From: the human T2T-CHM13v2.0 reference genome, Homo sapiens | DNA: 64,000 nt | Strand: one strand, 5' to 3' | Assembly: GCF_009914755.1 (NCBI RefSeq) | Contig: NC_060927.1 | Part shown: piece after piece, positions 61,820 to 64,000 of the stretch | Position numbering within the stretch: the first letter of the stretch is position 1 | Layout: each line of letters begins with the position of its first letter | Translations under genes and position numbers: made by a program | Notes under the pieces: model-generated | The model's input: the letters and a program-made list of their open reading frames with translations, nothing else | What the model was told of the DNA's origin: nothing | Databases searched by the model: none

Positions 61820-62700
61820 CTGCAATGACAACAAGCCCCAACTCTCAGTTCCTAAAATAATTCTCACTTCATATTTACTGAAAATCAATGAGGGCTCTTT
61901 TCCGCCTTATCCACAGTCAGTAGACAGAGCAGCCACATTGCATGGCTGGATATGTAGCAAGAGGAAAAGAAAACATGGCAAATCGTGCACAAACTCTTAA
62001 AGCTTCCACCTACAAGTGATGCCAATAATTTTTATTCATATTTTATTGGCCAAAGCAAGTCAGAAGGCCACATCTAACTACATCAGGGCAAGAAAGTGAA
62101 ATCTACACTGTATCTAGAAGAAAAATTGAAAATATTGTATTAACATTGATGAACACCACAGTTTGTCCACCAGGCCAATAGATATTTGTTTGGCTCTCTT
62201 TCCCACGTAGAAAATACTCCCATCCTTCCTTAAATGGGACATGCCCACATTCTCACTTCTTTGTGGTTCCAGGCTCAATGTCCAAGCTTTCCGAGTGATT
62301 TCTAGTGATCGCCTCATCAGGGTGAGATGCACAGAGGCCTACAGCAGGCCACATAGTAGCTGCACTTGATGTGGAGACCTATATACTAATAGGACAAATT
62401 ACTTTCCACCAATGCAACCACCATGCCCTCCCCACCAACACACACACATTCATGCATCTGCATATGTGCACGTGCACACATACCATACAACAGTAGAATG
62501 AAGCAGACCAACCAGAAAACTCTTTCACTAAGAGGGAGAAATACAGCAGTCTTTGGTCCATAGCAATTCTGAAATCCCTTGGGGCAGATGTTATAAGGGC
62601 CCCTCCCTTAGGGTGGGAAATATTATTTGTGGCCCTTTATTCCATTCCCCGGAAGATATTTCCTTCCTTAGTATCCTTCTAGGCTACATCTGAAGAGGAC
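61820..62700 (-). mobile_element. Old MLT1 (J/I-type) LTR plus adjoining MaLR internal sequence
   Basis: TTATTGGCCAAAGCAAGTCA...CACCACA terminus at ~62160, followed by MLT-int-like sequence. Confidence 0.55.
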
Positions 62701-62829
62701 ATTGTCACTCCATAAATAGCTGCTCTACTATTGTATCTCATTACAATTTATTTAAAAGCCATTCCACAAAAATGATTTCAAATGGGAAACCCAAGTATAC
62801 ATTGACTTTCAAAGAACACAGTAGAAAGA

Positions 62830-62990
62830 ATGATGACAAGGGTGTTCACCAAGTATTTTTGGTCCTTTTTCCAGATATACGCTAGGACTGATCTCCCTTA
62901 GAGTTAGGTGTGGTCATGGGACTTGCTTTGGCAAATTAACTGTGAGCAGAAGTGCCTTATGTTGTTTCCTTATGGAAACTTTAAAAGCTG
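62830..62990 (+). mobile_element. MLT1 LTR fragment
   Basis: GTTAGGTGTGGTCATGGGACTTGCTTTGGC...TGTGAGCAGAAGTG. Confidence 0.6.
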
Positions 62991-63009
62991 TAATTGCAAG
63001 GAGGCCCTT

Positions 63010-63170
63010 TATACACATGGGGTGTTCACAGTTCTGAAATAAAATGTTATTCGTCACAATTTGTAGATAAGGAAACTGAGGCTCAGAGATGAAGGGGTTT
63101 ACCCAAAGTCGCTCAATTGAATATGCCCAACCTCAAGCCTCCAATGCCTATGCTCTTTTCACTGTGTCTC
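63010..63170 (-). mobile_element. MIR
   Basis: TTTGTAGATAAGGAAACTGAGGCTCAGAGATGAAG. Confidence 0.8.
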
Positions 63171-63301
63171 ACTGCCCTCTATTGCTAATTGGTCATTTTG
63201 CTTATGTAATTATGTCTGGAAAAAGGCAGGAGCTAATGTGTACTGATACAAATGCTACAAACCCTTTAACTCCTGAGACATATGACAACCCTGTAATAAA
63301 T

Positions 63302-63388
63302 TTTTAAAAACACACAAGAATGCTGCGTTCCCCTTACTAATCTTTTAAAAACACACAAGAATGCTGCGTTCCCCTTACTAATCTTTTA
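63302..63388 (+). repeat. Perfect 41-bp tandem duplication
   Basis: TTTTAAAAACACACAAGAATGCTGCGTTCCCCTTACTAATC x2 followed by TTTTA. Confidence 0.97.
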
Positions 63389-63429
63389 TTATGTAAAACC
63401 TAAGTGACCAACCAAGGAACAATAAAAGA

Positions 63430-63650
63430 GTTTCAGCTTTGGGGTTAAAAAAAAGTGACCTCAAATCAAATCCCAGCCTTGCCATCTACTAGCTGTACGG
63501 ACCCAGCAGTATCCTTAACTTCCTGGAGCTTGTATTTTATTTTTAATCTATGAAATAAGAGTAAGACCCACCTCACAGAATTCCTGTAAGGACTAGATGC
63601 TAGGCACATCTAGTGTGCTTGGCATGTTTTGCTTGAATGATTGTGTAAAT
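63430..63650 (+). mobile_element. MIR
   Basis: TCAAATCCCAGCCTTGCCATCTACTAGCTGT...ACCCACCTCACAGAATT. Confidence 0.7.
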
Positions 63651-64000
63651 TTTAGAACATCTCCCTGTCCCCCTGCCTCCTCCACAACCTTCTCTGAGCC
63701 TCTCATCTAAGACCAACACTGTAGACAATCTGCAAGACCATAGCATGATCTAGTTTCTGTGGCCCTGGCTTTCCCATAGCTCCTTGCATGCACTGACTTT
63801 TTTCTCCTTCCTCAGGACTAACCCTCACATATAGACCCTGATGACCTCACAGGTTCACTGATGGTCAGAAAGGTAAATGAAGCTGGAAAATAATCAGAAG
63901 ACAGGTATTGGAAGGTGGGGCTTGAGATGGAGATAGGAACCTTATCATGCAGTGTTTTAGGCCATGGGAAGATTTGAGTATTTTCTCTAGAGAAATGACA

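Noticed and set aside
63302-63388. 41-bp direct repeats as a CRISPR-like array
   Set aside because: Two abutting copies, no spacers, eukaryotic intron.

Overview
Primate (human-like) genomic DNA, almost entirely intronic. One protein-coding exon is supported: a 163-nt + strand exon at 59650-59812 (AG/GT flanks) encoding ICDKEWHYYVINVEFPVVTLYMDGATYEPYLVTNDWPIHPSHIAMQLTVGACWQ(G), the LNS/laminin-G-like region of calsyntenin-2 (CLSTN2). Everything upstream is one intron of at least 59.6 kb, packed with transposable elements. These include a full-length L1PA4-like LINE-1 with a perfect TSD, two L1PA13-like elements (one internally deleted, one an 11.5 kb nest containing AluY, L1PB and THE1), a sense L1PA16-like element, Alus, MaLR LTRs, Tigger/hAT MITEs, MIR and L2. 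Nearly all ORFs in the track are LINE-1 remnants or noise. No prokaryote-style novel system is present. The best unexplained signals are (i) an ungapped 158-bp, 91%-identical inverted repeat that I do not recognise as a TE (26386-26543 / 28783-28940), (ii) splice and poly(A) signals of a spliced antisense transcript at ~32.9-36.1 kb (probably CLSTN2-AS1), and (iii) an L1 antisense promoter with intact donors facing the CLSTN2 exon. Repeat subfamily names are from memory of consensus sequences, not from a search, and boundaries of old repeats are approximate.
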